From positions 101,862,595 through 101,926,594 of the forward strand of contig NC_090382.1 in assembly GCF_036365525.1 (NCBI RefSeq): a DNA stretch of 64,000 bases, written 5' to 3'. Below the pieces are notes generated by a model. The model had not been told where the DNA came from. It saw only the letters and a list, made by a program, of their open reading frames with translations, and ran no database searches. A program made the position numbers and the translations under genes. Origin of the DNA: Heterodontus francisci. Lineage: Eukaryota. Shown here piece by piece: positions 1 through 13,715 of the stretch (positions are counted from its first letter, which is position 1; each line of letters begins with the position of its first letter).

Positions 1-130
1 TCCAGGGTAAAAACAAGGACCACATTCTGCAGTAAATCCCACAGTGGTTTCTGTGCTCACTGTACTTTGTGTGTAACAGTTTTATATTAGTTATTATTTA
101 ATACCTACTGCAAGGTAGCTCTGGACTTAC

Positions 131-403
131 CCAGATCCACATCAACATTTGTGTTTCCACTGAGAACAATGGAGTCATTTTCATGCACTTCCCATGTATA
201 TAAATTCTGATTCTCTGCTCCAACTTGTCTGACTATCAGATAGACTGTGTTATTCAGATGGATCTCATCAATATTGTTCCTCCTGTTCTGCTGAGATGAG
301 TCTCTTGGTTTCCAGTGAAGACTGACTGTATCTGAGAGTCTGGAGATGGTACAGCTGAGGGTGATGTCACTGCCTATTACAGGCCTCTGTGAATCTGTCT
401 CAA
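131..403 (-). CDS. Ig domain 6 exon (paralog of domain 2; F-strand Cys replaced by Trp)
   Basis: tttacAG|TT GAG ... CTG G|gtaag; 91 codons; GSDITLSCTISRLSDTVSLHW...YTWEV. Confidence 0.85.
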
Positions 404-1099
404 CTGTAAAAAACAGATAAATGAAGCTTAGAATTCTCAATAAGTGTTCTGAACTATTGCATTCAGAACTTTCTTTTTTTTACAAAGACACAGTGGTGGG
501 AATTTTATTTCAATGTGAGGGTGGGAACGGGGCGGATGGTCATTTAACCCGCCCCCCGTGTGGGCATGCTGTTTTCCCGACACAAAACCAACACACTCAA
601 TGTTTAAAAAGCTCCACCAAGAGCCAGAGGAGACAATCCGTCCGAGATCGATGATTGGTCACTTAGACCTCTTAGCAAACTTGTTGTTTGTTGACCATTT
701 TGAATTTTCTTTGTAGGCTCAGGATCCACACAGGGTCTCAAACCACAACAGGGAGGAGAAGTTGCAAACACAATGGAGAGACAACAGCAAGAGGCACCAT
801 TAAAGAGAGAAGGCTCAGAAAAGGCCCTCATTCACAGGCAGTCAGTTTTATAGAGACAGGAGAATTATCTGTCCTGTTACTTCGCTCTTGACAAGGACAT
901 TGGGTGGGAGGCGATTGCTTTAGAGGGTGTGGACGGTCCCTTCTGCTTAGAGGCCTCACGGATTCATGAGTGAGGTGTTCCTGAAGACTACACATTCCAA
1001 CTGAAAAGAAGGAAGGACATAACAGGAAATGGGATCAAGCGATTCTGAGATTGGATCAACTTGCAATGAGGAGCAGCATCCGCTGGAGCAGAGGCAAAC

Positions 1100-2200
1100 C
1101 CCTGGGCACCAGGAGCGAGGAAGGAGGGGCAGGAAGGCAACAAAGACAATACCCTCAACAGAGCATCGACCACCAAAGGAGAAACTACCTGGACATGTAG
1201 GAGTGTCAGTGCTGCAGAAGGCTGTACCTGTCCAATTAGATTGTTGCTGACATGTGTACCCTTGTTAAGGGCCATCTGAGGGTTTGTGGAAACCATCACT
1301 ATAGCCTTCCCATGACTGTAAATGTCACAGTGGCCTTGCATTATTTTGTAACTGGGTCCTTCCAGGGAATGGCAACAGTCATTGGTGGCATCTTGCAGGC
1401 AGCAGCACATCATTGCATCACAGAGGTAACGGACACCGAGAGGTCAGGGGATTCCACTGAATTCCAAATGGATAGTGGCACTCAAGCTCAAAGAGCAGTG
1501 ATATTTGTCTCCATCACTGAATTCCCTCAGGTGCAGGGAATCTTTGATTGCTTGCATGCACCAACTGGGAGATTCCTCAACAGGAAGGGATTCCATTCCC
1601 GAAACATTCAGCTGGTATGCAACCACAACAAGTGCTTTATACAGGTGCGTGAACGCTATCCTGGAAGCTGCCATGAAGCCTTCATCCTTTGTTAATTTCA
1701 GGTCCTGAAGCTCTTCATGGTGCAATGGGAAATCTGTGGATGGCTGTTAGCAGATAAACCTTTTCCAATGAGGAGATGGCTGATGGTTCCAGTGCATAAT
1801 CCTGCCTTGGAGGCTGAGAGACACTACAACAGATGCCACCTGAGCACAAGGGTTATTACTGAGCAGGTCATCGGCCTCATGAAGATGATGTTCAGGTGCC
1901 TTGGCCGGTCACGTGGCTCCTTTCAGTACACTCCCTCAAGGGTCTCACGCATTGTGGTGGCCTGTTGCACAGTTCATAGCATGTCCTTGACAAGGGAGAA
2001 GGGCTAGAACAGCACAGCTCCTGAGAGGAGGAAGATGATGAGGAAGAGGAGGATGAAAATGAGGAGGAGGCTGAAGAAGAACTGGAGAATGGTGCCTATG
2101 CTTTGCAGGGTTGCTGCCACGGTAAACTCAGGGGGTGGAACGTTTATCAGAATGGCAGGGACGCTCGGGACACTCAGATCCAGACACGTTTCACCTGAGT
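1100..2200 (+). pseudogene. HARBI1-like DDE transposase remnant
   Basis: Fragments ALHYFVTGSFQ, GIFDCLH, NRKGFHSRNIQLVC, RYPGSCHEAFIL, WLLADKPFP, YNRCHLSTRVITEQVIGLMKMMFRCL; broken by stops and indels. Confidence 0.8.
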
Positions 2201-4099
2201 GATATTCAGTCTGCAGGACATTTGGAGAGGAGATTCTCCTTCATCCGAGTGAGAGCAAACAGCTGTTAAGAACAAAAATCAGCAACTTTCCAATGACACA
2301 AACACTGCAATGCTCCAGAGTCTCCATCTGACGTACTGCTCCCCAACACAATCCTGTGCTTTGCTCACCCTTATTTTTCATTCTCCAGCCCTTCGCCCTG
2401 ATGAAATGAAAATACACAAGTCTGCCTCAGTGCAACAACATGCCGAGCGATTTATCACACAGCAGTTTGATGTCATGTACAACAAAAACACCCAAGAGAC
2501 CCACAAAGTGATATTACAAACACAGAGGCCTCTGCTCATAACCACTTCTACAACTTGCTCCCCCTGTAGCTGAGGATGAGGCAGCAACAGACTGCTCACT
2601 CATGCCTTTCTGGGACTGAGATGCCCGTGGCAGTCGCCCTCATCATGGAAGTGCCAGGGGACACCTCCAAAGGCAGTTGAACCAGCAACACTGCAGGGCC
2701 AGTCACTGTCACAGGGTGCGACTCTACAGATATTTCATCCATTGGAGGGGCCATGGAGATGGATGATGATGTTGCAACCATGAGGGGTGGCCCTCTCATC
2801 ACTATCTGTCGTCACCTCAGACCTTTCATGGCACCCTAGATGGCTCGCGGGGACCACCAGCTGGGAGACAGTTGGCATCCACTCTATGCTTCTTTGAGCC
2901 ATTTTCACTATTGACCGGTCAATACTACAGACTGTGGCATGCTTTCTGTGCATGTCAGTGTGCTGTTCCTGCATCCACTCTGAGTGATGCTGCATATGGC
3001 TCTCCATGAAGTTAGCCACTCGCTCAATGGAGAAGCTCATGTGCTCAAAGCACTGAGACATTGTGGAGCACACGAGATGAATGGATTCCTCCATTGTCAT
3101 CCCATGACTCCACAGCGCCTCAGGTAAATTGACACGTGGGCACACATCTCATGCTGGTTCTCATGATTCACTAGGCTCTGTATCTCCGCCCTGTTGAGCA
3201 GGGCTGCGCCTGTGCCCCGTCTTCCGAGGGGAATTGGCCACAGCTGAATCTGCCTTCCCCGTCACCTCCTGCTCTGATGTGATGTGCATTTCACCCTGTG
3301 CCACTGTATCTAATAACGAGGAGACACCGAGGTGCGAGGATCTGCGCTGGTGGAGGATGCACTATAAAGATGTGACAGTGCAGGCTCTGAGATGTCTTCC
3401 CCCTCTGATTCCTACAGAACAGGTTGGCAGTGTCTTAACTCCTCCCCCTCTGCAGCTGTCCCCGGGGGAGATGTAAAAGAAGGTCATCATGAGAAATCAG
3501 CACAATCATCAGATGCTTCTGCTGTTTGAAGCAATCAGATGACAGGTTATGAATTGACAGTTCATTTCACGGGGAGGATTGCCATGCATCCTCTGAACCT
3601 GGGCTGTTCAGATCTTTTCACCTTGTCCATGTTTGACTCCCATTTCTCCATCTGCAATATCCTGGTGGGTTGCCACTCTGGCCAGATCAAGGACCAGCTC
3701 CTTGAAATGCATCTCATCCAGGCGGACCCTCTTGCTCTCCCTGTGTTGTTCTCCTATTTGGCCTGTGAGGTGAACAAAGATGTCATTAAGACTCTCTCCC
3801 TCACCACTTGCAGCATTTCATGCGCATAGGATTGTAGATTTCCCCATAACCTACGGTCCAATAGCGCTCAGATAATGAACTACGCTGATGGGTCATCGAT
3901 GATACTGTGCTCACACCTCTCCTATGGTCAGGATGTTCCATGTGGTGCATAAAATGGCAAAGCCAAAAGCCTTTATTTGCATACAATGTCATCAGCGATC
4001 AGATATGTGTGGCAAGCCAAAGTGCACAAAGGTATCTATCTAAATGTCTCCCCTTTCATTGAAGAAATTGCAAATTAATGCACATACATGAGAGTTACT

Positions 4100-6670
4100 T
4101 CATTTGAAAGTTACATTTTGTAATTTCCTGTAGCAATTGAAGAGTTGCATCTCATTGTGTAGTTTGTTTGATCTGAGCAAGATGCTTGTCTGTCAAATTC
4201 AATGTCTCTACCGGGTTGATAACTTCCAGAGCATGTTGTTCTGTTGCTTCTTGTTGAATCTGGAAGATTTCACACTCTGTACTGGCATTATCAACTTCCT
4301 TCAATGGGAGTGCAGCTCTCGACAGCATGTCAGTGATGGACATCTGCTCCCCTTGCTCGTACTTCACTTCCAAGTGATATCTCCGCAAATGAAGTAACAT
4401 CCTTTGCAAATACTTAGGAGCAAATAGAAGCTGTTTGAGAAAGATGCTTTGAAGTGGTTTGTGGTCAGACTCTATCATCACTTTCTCTCTCCCAAACAGG
4501 TGCTTGTTGAAATGCTCAAAAGCAAAGACAATAGTCAGGCAGTCTCCCTCGATTTGTGCACAGCATCATTCACTTTGCGTTAACCCTCTAGATGCAAATG
4601 CAACTGTTGTCCTTGCTGCATGAGGGTTGCTCCAAATCCTGTTTCACTGCATCACACTGTAGGGTGACTTCCGCATTGACGTCATAGTACCTCAGCATTG
4701 GCATTGTCGTCACTGGTTGTTTGATGTGTTTGAAAACTGCTTCTTGTTTTGTGCCCCAATACCACTAAATATCCTTTGCAGTGAACTTGCGTAGAGATTC
4801 ACACTCTGATGACAAATTGGGTAAGAACTTGACTCGGTAGTTCACAAATCCAACAAATCATTGAACTGCCTTCACATCTGTTGGTTGCTGCATCTCTGCT
4901 ACTGCTTGCGCCTTATCTGGATCAGGGCAAAGTCCTTTAGCTGTCAGTACATGACCGATGTACTTGAGTTCAGTCAACACCAGCTGCAACATTTTCTTGT
5001 TCAGCTTTCGGTTCATCTGGCGACCTCTGTCAAGCAGTTTCACTCCATTCCAATCATGGTCCGCGATGGCATCTTCCATTGGATCCGGACATCGCGGACA
5101 TCCATAAACCAGAAGATCATCCACTATCGCTTCCACTACTGGTAAACCATTGACTATCTCATGCTGTCTGCGTTGGTCTTCTGCCGGAGCAGTAAAATTG
5201 CCAAATGGCACATGCAACCATCTGTACCTCCCAAATGGCATCAGAAAGTAGTCAGAAAGATATTGCTTTCACTGAAATTCACTTACCAGTATCCACCTTT
5301 AGCATGTAAGGTAGCAAAGACCTTTACCTTGGCAAGTTGAGGCAAAATCTCTTTGATGGTTGATCTTGGGTAGTGCGATCTCTTTAAAGCTTTATTGAGG
5401 TCATTGGGATCAGAACACACTCTCAATTTTAAAGTTTTTTTTCACTGTTACCATACTGCTAATCCAGTCGACAGCAGTTGTCATTTTCTTGATTGCTCCC
5501 ATCTTTTCAAGTTCCTCTATCTTGTCTTTCAAGCTAGGCTTGAGGGCAATTGGAACTCGCCTCGGAAGATGTTGAGTTGGGCTCACAGTCTCATCTACTT
5601 CAAGATGATATTCACCAGAAAGCCATCCAAGAACTGTGAAAATGTCTTTGTAATCTGTCAAGATTTGTTCAGCAGTCAATGACTTGGTGTCATGCAAAAC
5701 ACTGATACAGGGAGGGTTACCAGTCCAAGCTTTTGATTTGTTTCAGACAAGATGAGGGGAATTTGCTCAGTGTCCACTATCTGGAACTGAAGTTTTTCTT
5801 CATTCCTGTTGGACTCTCAGCTTGGTTTGTCCTCTGGAGTGAGCATCATTCCATCATAGAGTCTCAACTTTACCTTTGACATCTTTGTAATCGAGTCACC
5901 ATCTTGAGCTCTTTCACACAAGTCTGCAAAGCTCATGCTGTTGCACGTGGAACCCGTGTCTATCTGACTCTTCATATCAGTCTTGATGGTCTACTTCTGC
6001 AGTCATCAATCCAATAATCACAAACCACTTCCTACCTCGAGACTTGATGCTGCCCAACACGTTCTAGAGTGATTTGTCTGAATCATCATCAGACATCTCT
6101 CCAGCAACCATCTTTGCAGGCTTGTTTATCTTTGTTTCGCAAAATGTTTATGTGCAAAGTGGTTCATCTTCTTGCAGTTAGAGCACTGCTTTCCCCACAC
6201 TGGACATGCTTCCTTTTCCTTCTTGTGGTATCCTCCTGTATTCATATCCACTCCTCTGGCCTTAATCTTTCTGCTGCTCCTTCTGAACGTTGTCCTTCCT
6301 TTACATCATTGACTTGTGCTTGGAAGACTTGGACTGCCTCTTAGCATAGTGCACAGCCTCATCGGTTCTCCCATCAATACTCTTCAGCTATTGATTAGCC
6401 ACCTCAGAGCTTCTGCACATGTCATTAGCTTTCCTGAGAGTAAGCTTTTCTCCTCTCAGCAGACGTGCTCTCACAGCGGGATCTCTTGTTCCTCAAACAA
6501 TCCTATCTCTGCTGAGATCATCCTTCAGTTGCCAAAATCACAAAATTCAGCTGAAAATCTCAGTACAGGCATAGAATGATCAATATTCACCCTCTCTTCC
6601 TGAGCTCTCGCGTTATTCACATATTTTTCATAAATTATGTTAATAGAGGGTTCAAAGTGGGTCTTCAAGT
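4100..6670 (-). mobile_element. Gypsy LTR-retrotransposon internal fragment (gag-protease-RT-RNaseH), degenerate, no LTRs seen
   Basis: PFGRYRWLHVPFG, IVDDLLVYG (RT), ESDHKPLQSIF (RNaseH), QHLPRRVPIALK. Confidence 0.8.
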
Positions 6671-6816
6671 CCTCCAAAATCTCACAGGACTTGCATATAA
6701 TGACACCAGAGGTCACAAGTGTACAGCAAGCCAAAGTGTAAGAAGGTGTTTATCCAAACACAGGAGAACTCTATTCTCCCTCGGGATGCCCCTCTCTTTT
6801 GCATTCTGGTGACTGC

Positions 6817-7133
6817 TGACCTGGGGGAATGTCATCTGGGTCTATCTTTGAACTCACCTTGCCAGACCCAAGCAGATCATTGAAACATTTCCTGCACTGG
6901 ACCCAGTTCCTTCTCACCACTCCTCTGCTGCTGACCTCATGAGCCACCTCCAGACAGGCCTTCTCAGTCATCCTTGTCGGCTTCTTCTGGTGCAGACATG
7001 GAATGCGATGCTTCTCTGGGCCGTCACCAGCACCAGAAGTACCTCAAGTAAGGCACGCGAAAAACAGAGGGTTACCCTGGCACGCGGGCCCTCCCTACAC
7101 ACTGCCCTCTGCTCAGCTTCTCCTTGCAACATG
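6817..7133 (-). pseudogene. Harbinger Myb/SANT (MSANTD/NAIF1-like) first coding exon remnant; downstream remnants at ~2600-3770
   Basis: FSRALLEVL...EVAHEVSSRGVVRRNWVQCRKCFNDLLGSGK|gtgag. Confidence 0.7.
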
Positions 7134-7461
7134 GAGATGAACAGTGACCACATCAATGGCTGCCGCTCATCGTTTAAATCAGGCCTGCTCATCCCTGTGT
7201 CCCGCCTCATTCCTGCGTCCGCCGCTGCTAATTTGGTGGCGAATGTGATGCCAGGCTAATTAACTGGCTTTCCAGTTAAAACTGCAACATGTGCACATTG
7301 CCAATGCGGTGCAGGGTCGGGACCCGGAAATAAACGCGATGTTGAGGTCCTGACCCCGGAATTGAAATCCCACAAAGTCAGAGAAATACTGAGCAGCTGT
7401 GCTTAGTGCTGACAATTAACATTTCCCAGATAATGTTCACTTGTTGCCATTAGCCCCCTCC

Positions 7462-7658
7462 TGTTAATTCTGTATCTATTGTTTAGTGTTATGCAGGTGG
7501 AGGGTGTTAACTGGGGTCTTACTTCAACGCTTCTGAGGAGAGTCTTACTGAGACAAGTGAAGGAGTTGAGTGAGGAGCGACATGTTTGTACTCCTTTTAC
7601 TCTGTACGATAAATGTGAAACTGAGTAAAGATTGGCTCTCGCATTATCCTTCAACAAC
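7462..7658 (+). repeat. Short solo-LTR-like repeat; related copy at ~25701-25907
   Basis: TG...ACA ends; shares the block tttactctgtacRataaatgtgaaactgagtaaagat with the 25.8-kb copy. Confidence 0.5.
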
Positions 7659-8203
7659 AACCTCCTCCCTCCTCTTCCTCCTGTACATCTGATCCATGGC
7701 AGTATCATTCAAAGACGTATATTCACATGCAAATTCCTGACACCCAAATCTATCTCTACACTATCTCTCTCACACCTTCCATTGCCTCTGTGTTGTCTGA
7801 TTGCTTATCCAACATCATGTCTTGGATGAGCCACAATTTCCTCCAGTTCAAGATCTGGAAGACTAAAGTCATCATCTTCGGCTCTTACCAGCAACTCCAT
7901 ACTGTCACCATCAGCTCCATCACCCTCCATGGCCATTGTCTCAGGAATTTTACGAGAATGGACAAAAGATTGGGAAAAAATACAAATGTTACCAATCAAA
8001 ACTACTCACCCTTTGTGCATCCACTAATTCTAATGCACAGAGGATTTTCACTGATCTGTCTGTTTCCAGTGAGAGATTCATTCTGGGCTGGGTGATAGAA
8101 CTGAAGGATCATGACATGATCCCAACATTCTGTTAGGAATATTAGTGGAATTGCTCACAGAAAATCATATTATTGAACCCTTTCTAGTCCTTGTCCTACT
8201 TAC

Positions 8204-8548
8204 CTTTGATCCCAAATACTTCAAACTGTTTCAGGATTTTTTTACTGGGTTGTGTCTGAGTCCAGGTGAACAAGCCCGCAAGTTCAAAGGTGGGCTTTCT
8301 GATTCTCAGATTAAGGGTACCCCAGTCCTCACGTATCCTCTGAGAAATGCCTGGTATATTATTGTACTTATCGCTCCATTGTACAGCCCATCGCTGATCT
8401 TCGCTGTGAAAGGTACCCAATTGATATGTAGTTTGTTGCCCTGAGTGTGGTCTCCATTCCAACACAATGGGACCATTTCCAGGATTTTCTGGTCCTTTCA
8501 ATACAAAGTTCCCTTCCTGATGTAAAAGATAAATATAACTTGGGAATC
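8204..8548 (-). CDS. Ig domain 5 exon (paralog of domain 1, Cys-less V-like)
   Basis: ccttgcAG|GA TTC CCA ... ATC AAA G|gtaag; 115 codons; about half of residues identical to domain 1 (LKGPxNPGNGP, EWxPHSGQ, IRKPTFxLAG). Confidence 0.85.
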
Positions 8549-8904
8549 CTGCAAGGAAAGAATAACAAACATTTTAGAATCAGACAGCAAATTTTTAATC
8601 TGACCTGTGTAATTATTCATCCTGTAGACAATTTGTTTTCAGTAAATTGTTATTGATGATACAGTTCAGACATGCTACAGCACATACACACCAGAGTAAA
8701 ATGCTGTATAGCTGAAAGAGCAAAGGTCACCTTCCTAAAGATACACTTATTAGAATGGATTGTGATTTCTCCCAGCTCCCAAAGTTTAAAAAAAAAGAAT
8801 TCCCCCACATTTATATAGCAATTTTAATAGAAAATAACTTTACAACACTTTACAAACTGTGGAAAAATATAAAAGGATTTAGAGAGAATAAACACAACAA
8901 CTTG

Positions 8905-11245
8905 AAATGTACCGCATCATTAACATGTTAAAATGCCTCATGCTGCTTCCCAGGAGTGTTATCACTCAAAACCTGAAACCGAGTGACATCGAGAGATATT
9001 AGCGCAGACGAACTAAAGCTTGATCAAAGAAGTCGGTTTTACAGAGGGTCTTAAAGGGCAAAAACTAGGTAAAGAGGCAGAGAAGTTTAGAGAGGGAATT
9101 CTAGAGCTCAGGGTTTCGGCAGCTGAAAACACAGCCACCAATGGTGGAGCAATTTAAATCGGGGCAGTTCAAGAGGCCGGAATTAGATGTGAGCAGATCA
9201 AGCGGACGGTTGTGGGGCAGGTGGAGATTAATTAGAAAGGGAGCAGCAAAGCTATGGAGACATTTGAAAACTTTAATATCAAGGTGCTGCTTAACCTGTA
9301 GCCAGATCAAAGAGCACAGGGGTGATTGGATGAACGGCATTTGTTGTGAGTTAGGACACAGGCAGCAGAGTTTGGATGGCCTGAAGTTTACAAAGGGAAG
9401 AATGTGGAAGGCCGATCAGGAGTGCATTGGAATAGACAAGTCTATGAGGTAGCAAAGGCTTTCATGAGGGTTTCAGCAGCAGATGAGATGAGGCAAGGAC
9501 AGCGTCAGGTGATGTTCCGGAAGATGAAAAGACCATCTTAGTGATGGTGTGGATGTGTAGGCGGCAGCTCAGCTCAGGGTCAAATATGAAACCAAAGTTG
9601 CAAAGAGTCTGCTTCAGCGTCAGACAGTTGCCAGGGAGATAGATGGAGTTGGTACCTATGGAATGGAGTTTGTTGCGGGACCAAAGACAATGACCAGTAC
9701 TGGATGTTGGACAAGAAGTCTGATAACTTAACAACCATGAAGGAGTCAAGATTTATAGTCGTAAGATAGAGCTGGGTGAAAAACTGAGTTTTCGGATAAT
9801 GGCGCCAAAGGGCTGTACGTTGATGAGAAATAGAAGGGGGGGGGGGGGGGTCAAGGATAAATCCTTTGGGGACACAGGAGGTAAAGGTACGGGAGTGGGA
9901 TAGGAAGCCACTGCTGATGATACCCAGGCTCTGATTAGATCAATAAGAATGGAACCAGCTGAGAACAGGCCAACCCAGCTGGATGACTGTGAAGTGACAC
10001 TAGAAGAGGATAGAGTAGTCAATGGTGTCAATGGCTCCAGACCAATTGAGAAGGATCAGGACGGATAGTTTTCCTTTATCACAAACACAGAGGATACCAT
10101 TCCATTTCAGTGTTGTGGCAGGGGCGGAAACCTGATAGGAGGGATTCAAACACAGAGTTTCAGGAAAGATGGGCACGGATTCAAGGACTTTAAAGAGGAA
10201 AGGGAGGTTGGTGATTGGGCAGTAGTTTACAGGGACAGAAGGGTCAAGGGGTAGATTTTGAGGAGAAGGGTGATCCCGGCAGTTTTGAAGGAGAAAAGAA
10301 CCTGAAGGAGGAGAATGATTAACAGTATCAGCGAACATGGGGGCCAGGATGTGAAGTTAGGTGGTCAGCAGTTTAGTGAGAATAGGGTCAAGGGAGCAGG
10401 AGGTGGGTCTCAGGGACAAGATAAGCTTGGAGAAGGCATGTGGGGAGATAGGGGAGAAATTATAGGAAGATGCAAGTTCAGGGCTAGGGCAGGTTGGAGC
10501 CTTAGAGCATGTTTGTCCAGATGGGCTAATATATGGGAGGGACGCATCAGATTGTCTTAATCTTAGTGACAAAGGAGTCCATGAGCTTCTCGCACTTATT
10601 GTTGGAGATGAGGTTGGAGGAGACTGTAGGGGAGTCGAAGAAGATGGCTTGCAGTTGAGAAAAGTAGCTGGTGTTATTTCAGGATGATCCTGGAATAGTG
10701 AGCAGTTTCAACAGACAAGAGCAGGATCTGATCATGCTTTATGTGTTGCTGCCAGATTTGGCGGTGAATGGCTCAACCAGTTGTCCACCACATCCTTTCA
10801 AGTCTGCTTCTCTTGGACTTAAGTTAGCGGAGATGAGAGCTGTACCAGGGGAATGGCCAGGGTGAGAGAGAGTAATGGTTTTATTGGGGACTAGAGCATC
10901 AAAGGTGGAAGTGATGTGTGGTTGTGCAAATCCGTAGCTGCAGAAATGCGCTGGTGATTGGAGAGCAAAAGGCTAGAAAGTTGGAATTTTGCAAGTGCAA
11001 TTGCAAGGGAATTGGGAAGATTTTTTTCCCGGGGTGAACACAGAAGGAGGTAGGGTAAGGGTATAGAAGGGGGATCTGGATGGTAAGTGGTACAAGGAAG
11101 TGATCAGAGATCACTTATCTGTAATTGATACAAAAGGGTATCGAGGCCACATGAGATGGGAAGGTCAACAGGGTGACTGCGAATATGGGTTGGGGAGTTT
11201 ACATGGAGGGAGAAATTAAGGGAGCACAGTGATCGCAGAGAACAG
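8905..11245 (-). mobile_element. L2/CR1-clade LINE fragment (degenerate RT)
   Basis: NYCPITNLPFLFKVLE, LILLNWSGAIDTID, WLQVKQHLDIKVFKCLH, SCSLDPILTKLL. Confidence 0.75.
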
Positions 11246-11247
11246 AG

Positions 11248-12200
11248 TTCTACGACCAAGGCGGGAATAATGCACTGTTAAGTCAGTCCCACTTCTCTGC
11301 AGGTCACAGCATATTAGTAAAATTTCTCACCAACCAGAAAATAGCCAAATTAAATACTTTATTTATGCCACAGAATAAAGGACACCAAACTAGGTTTCTT
11401 TAAACAACAACAAAATTAACTAGTTATTAATAAACTAAATCTAAAACAATAATGAGATGTATCTATATATGAAAAGATTTTATAACTTCTTATTCTTCCT
11501 AACCCTCATGCACACACACATACATTCAAAAACTGGTTAACTGGGGTAAATGGGATGTTTTGATTTCGAACGGTTTTTTTGGAATAATAAAATAATTGGT
11601 TGTTACGGTCTGGTATGATATTGCCAGATCTGTGAGGTGTCCCAGAGTCGTCTAGTCAGATGCCACTGAAAGACTCTCCAGGTGAGATTGATGAGCAGTC
11701 TGTGATGGGTAGGCATTCAAGGCAATTTGTCTGCAGCAGGCGTCACACAAGGTCTTCCATCAGGGTTGCAGCAAAAGGTGTCCGTTCTCTCACTCAATGC
11801 AAAGGCCCCATTTTAAAAAATGAAAGATTTCTGCCAATTCAGGACTTCTTCAAACACAGGAGGCAGTTTGAAATATAGATTCTTCAGAGACCTGAGGCAA
11901 CAGTAATCTGCCACACCCAAAATACAAGACTTCCTCTCTCCAGGAAGACACACCCACAAGGGTGTGGCTCCCATACATTTGACTTGCAAATCCTTCAAAG
12001 TTCATTTAACGTCTTGAGAAAATTGGAAATTACACTTGATGCAAAAATTCTTTTCAAGAGAAAGAAATCTTCGGCTGTCTTTCTGACAGGTCTAGCAGCA
12101 ACTGACTTTTCAACTCAAAAGTGAAACTAACTTTTTAACAGTCAAGTCACATGACAGTCATAAATCTTACTGGTTGCTTGGAAACAGGTGCCTTGCAGTG
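11248..12200 (-). mobile_element. Solo LTR-like element
   Basis: Left end is reverse complement of the ...gccttggtcgtaaca terminus also seen at 51772. Confidence 0.5.
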
Positions 12201-12217
12201 TACACATTTCAAACACC

Positions 12218-12915
12218 GAGAGTTGAATTTTACCAGCCCCTCGATGTCAGTGGTCGTGGTAGGGAGGGGCCAGTAAAATGCTTGCGGGAATGGCCCGCCA
12301 TGACCCCCAATGCTGAGAAGGTCCCCCCGCCACATTTTACCAGCGGTGGTGAAGCCTCAGTGCAGCCTTTGGAATTATGTATAGAGTTACGAGGCGAGAC
12401 ACTGGAGGGGACGGCAGGGGGAGGAGTGAAATCATTAGAGGGGGGAGCGGGAAAAATCCTTTCTATTGATTGTGGGGACGGTGAGAAGGGGTTGCGTGTC
12501 AAAGGTCATTAAGTTTGGGGGTAAAGTTTAGAAGCTGAAGAAAACGTTTTTTGTGAGGGGGGGAGAATTAGACTTTTATTACTCATTGCAGGTGTGGGAT
12601 AGGGAATTGAAAATGTGAATAAATGTATATCTGCATTTTTAACCATTCTGCTACTTTAAAACGTTTAATGAGGCCCAAGTGCCTGAAGCCCTTTAAAAAT
12701 GGCGCTGGTGCCTGCGCGGTGGCACCAAATGGCATTGCCAGAGATGGAGCGGCTGCCTCTCTACGTCATTGGGGGCGGCCACTGCACCCCCTCCATTTAA
12801 ATGAATCCCCGCGCGAAATATCATGGGGGCTCAGCGACTGCACTTCCGGGTCTGAAGGCCGCCATTTTAAATGTGTGCTGCCGCGATGTGCAGTGAGCCT
12901 ACAAAATTCAGCCCC
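12218..12915. mobile_element. Non-autonomous Harbinger-type MITE
   Basis: Ends GAGTTGAATTTTAC / ACAAAATTCAGCCCC; GC-rich subterminal regions shared with elements at 27.6-29.2 kb and 48.7-49.3 kb. Confidence 0.6.
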
Positions 12916-13715
12916 AAGTTTCAGCATTCAATGTTCACAGAAAATCCTTTTCTCAGTTTCTAAAAGTACACAGAATTCTTAGCTTTCATCTTCAGACCTC
13001 TCGTCTCACTGTCTTCATTGTGATCTTTGATAACAAATGCAAACCCTAACCCAAAATCAAGGCAGCCTCTGCCTCCTGTGCTCACTCACGTCCCCCATCT
13101 TACACGCTTCTTTGTAATCCAAGGAGTAGATGAGGAAGACATTTGTTGATCTCCAAAGGGTTACTAAGGTAAGTGGGTTCACACTTTGCCTTCATTTACA
13201 ATCTTAACCTTCGAATGTGGATGATCAGCCTTCACTGCAAACTTGATGGAGCATCAAGGTGGGAAAATCAGACAACTTTTCACACACTTTCCAAATGCAT
13301 ATTAACATTGTAAAATCTAGCAGACTGTCAGCACAAGATATTCTGTAGACTGCTTGTTCACACATTCATGTAAGCAGGATGCTTGGCTTGGCTCTCGAGT
13401 AATATTGTCTCTGCTTCTCCCAATTCTAACTGATGTGGCTTTTATAACTGCTTACAGGAGGCTGCACGTGCGAACAGATTTGTATCTGAAGGGGACCTCC
13501 CAACCACTGCTCACTGACTCTGAGTAAATTCAGCAATTCTGTGCTTCCAGTAACAGCATAACGGGAAGAAGGAAAATCATTTGATCTGAAACCCCGTGAA
13601 CATTTTTATCCTTCCCATGATCTGCCTGTGGATTTCCCAAGTGAGCTAATTTACAGATATTATAATGAGTGCTCATGGCTCTGCAGCCTCGCGTTCCCTG
13701 CTTTTGTAAAAAAAG

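Larger units (their letters stand above)
496..7373 (+). mobile_element. Degenerate autonomous-type PIF/Harbinger transposon (transposase on +, Myb/SANT gene on -) carrying a Gypsy fragment
   Basis: Imperfect terminal inverted ends GTGGGAATTTTA...AATTGAAATCCCAC; convergent HARBI1-like and Myb/SANT remnants. Confidence 0.7.

Noticed and set aside
40-62. CACAGTG/CACTGTG heptamers near Ig exons (40, 489, 18394) suggesting V(D)J recombination signals
   Set aside because: No nonamer at 12- or 23-bp spacing, and the exons end in ordinary splice donors
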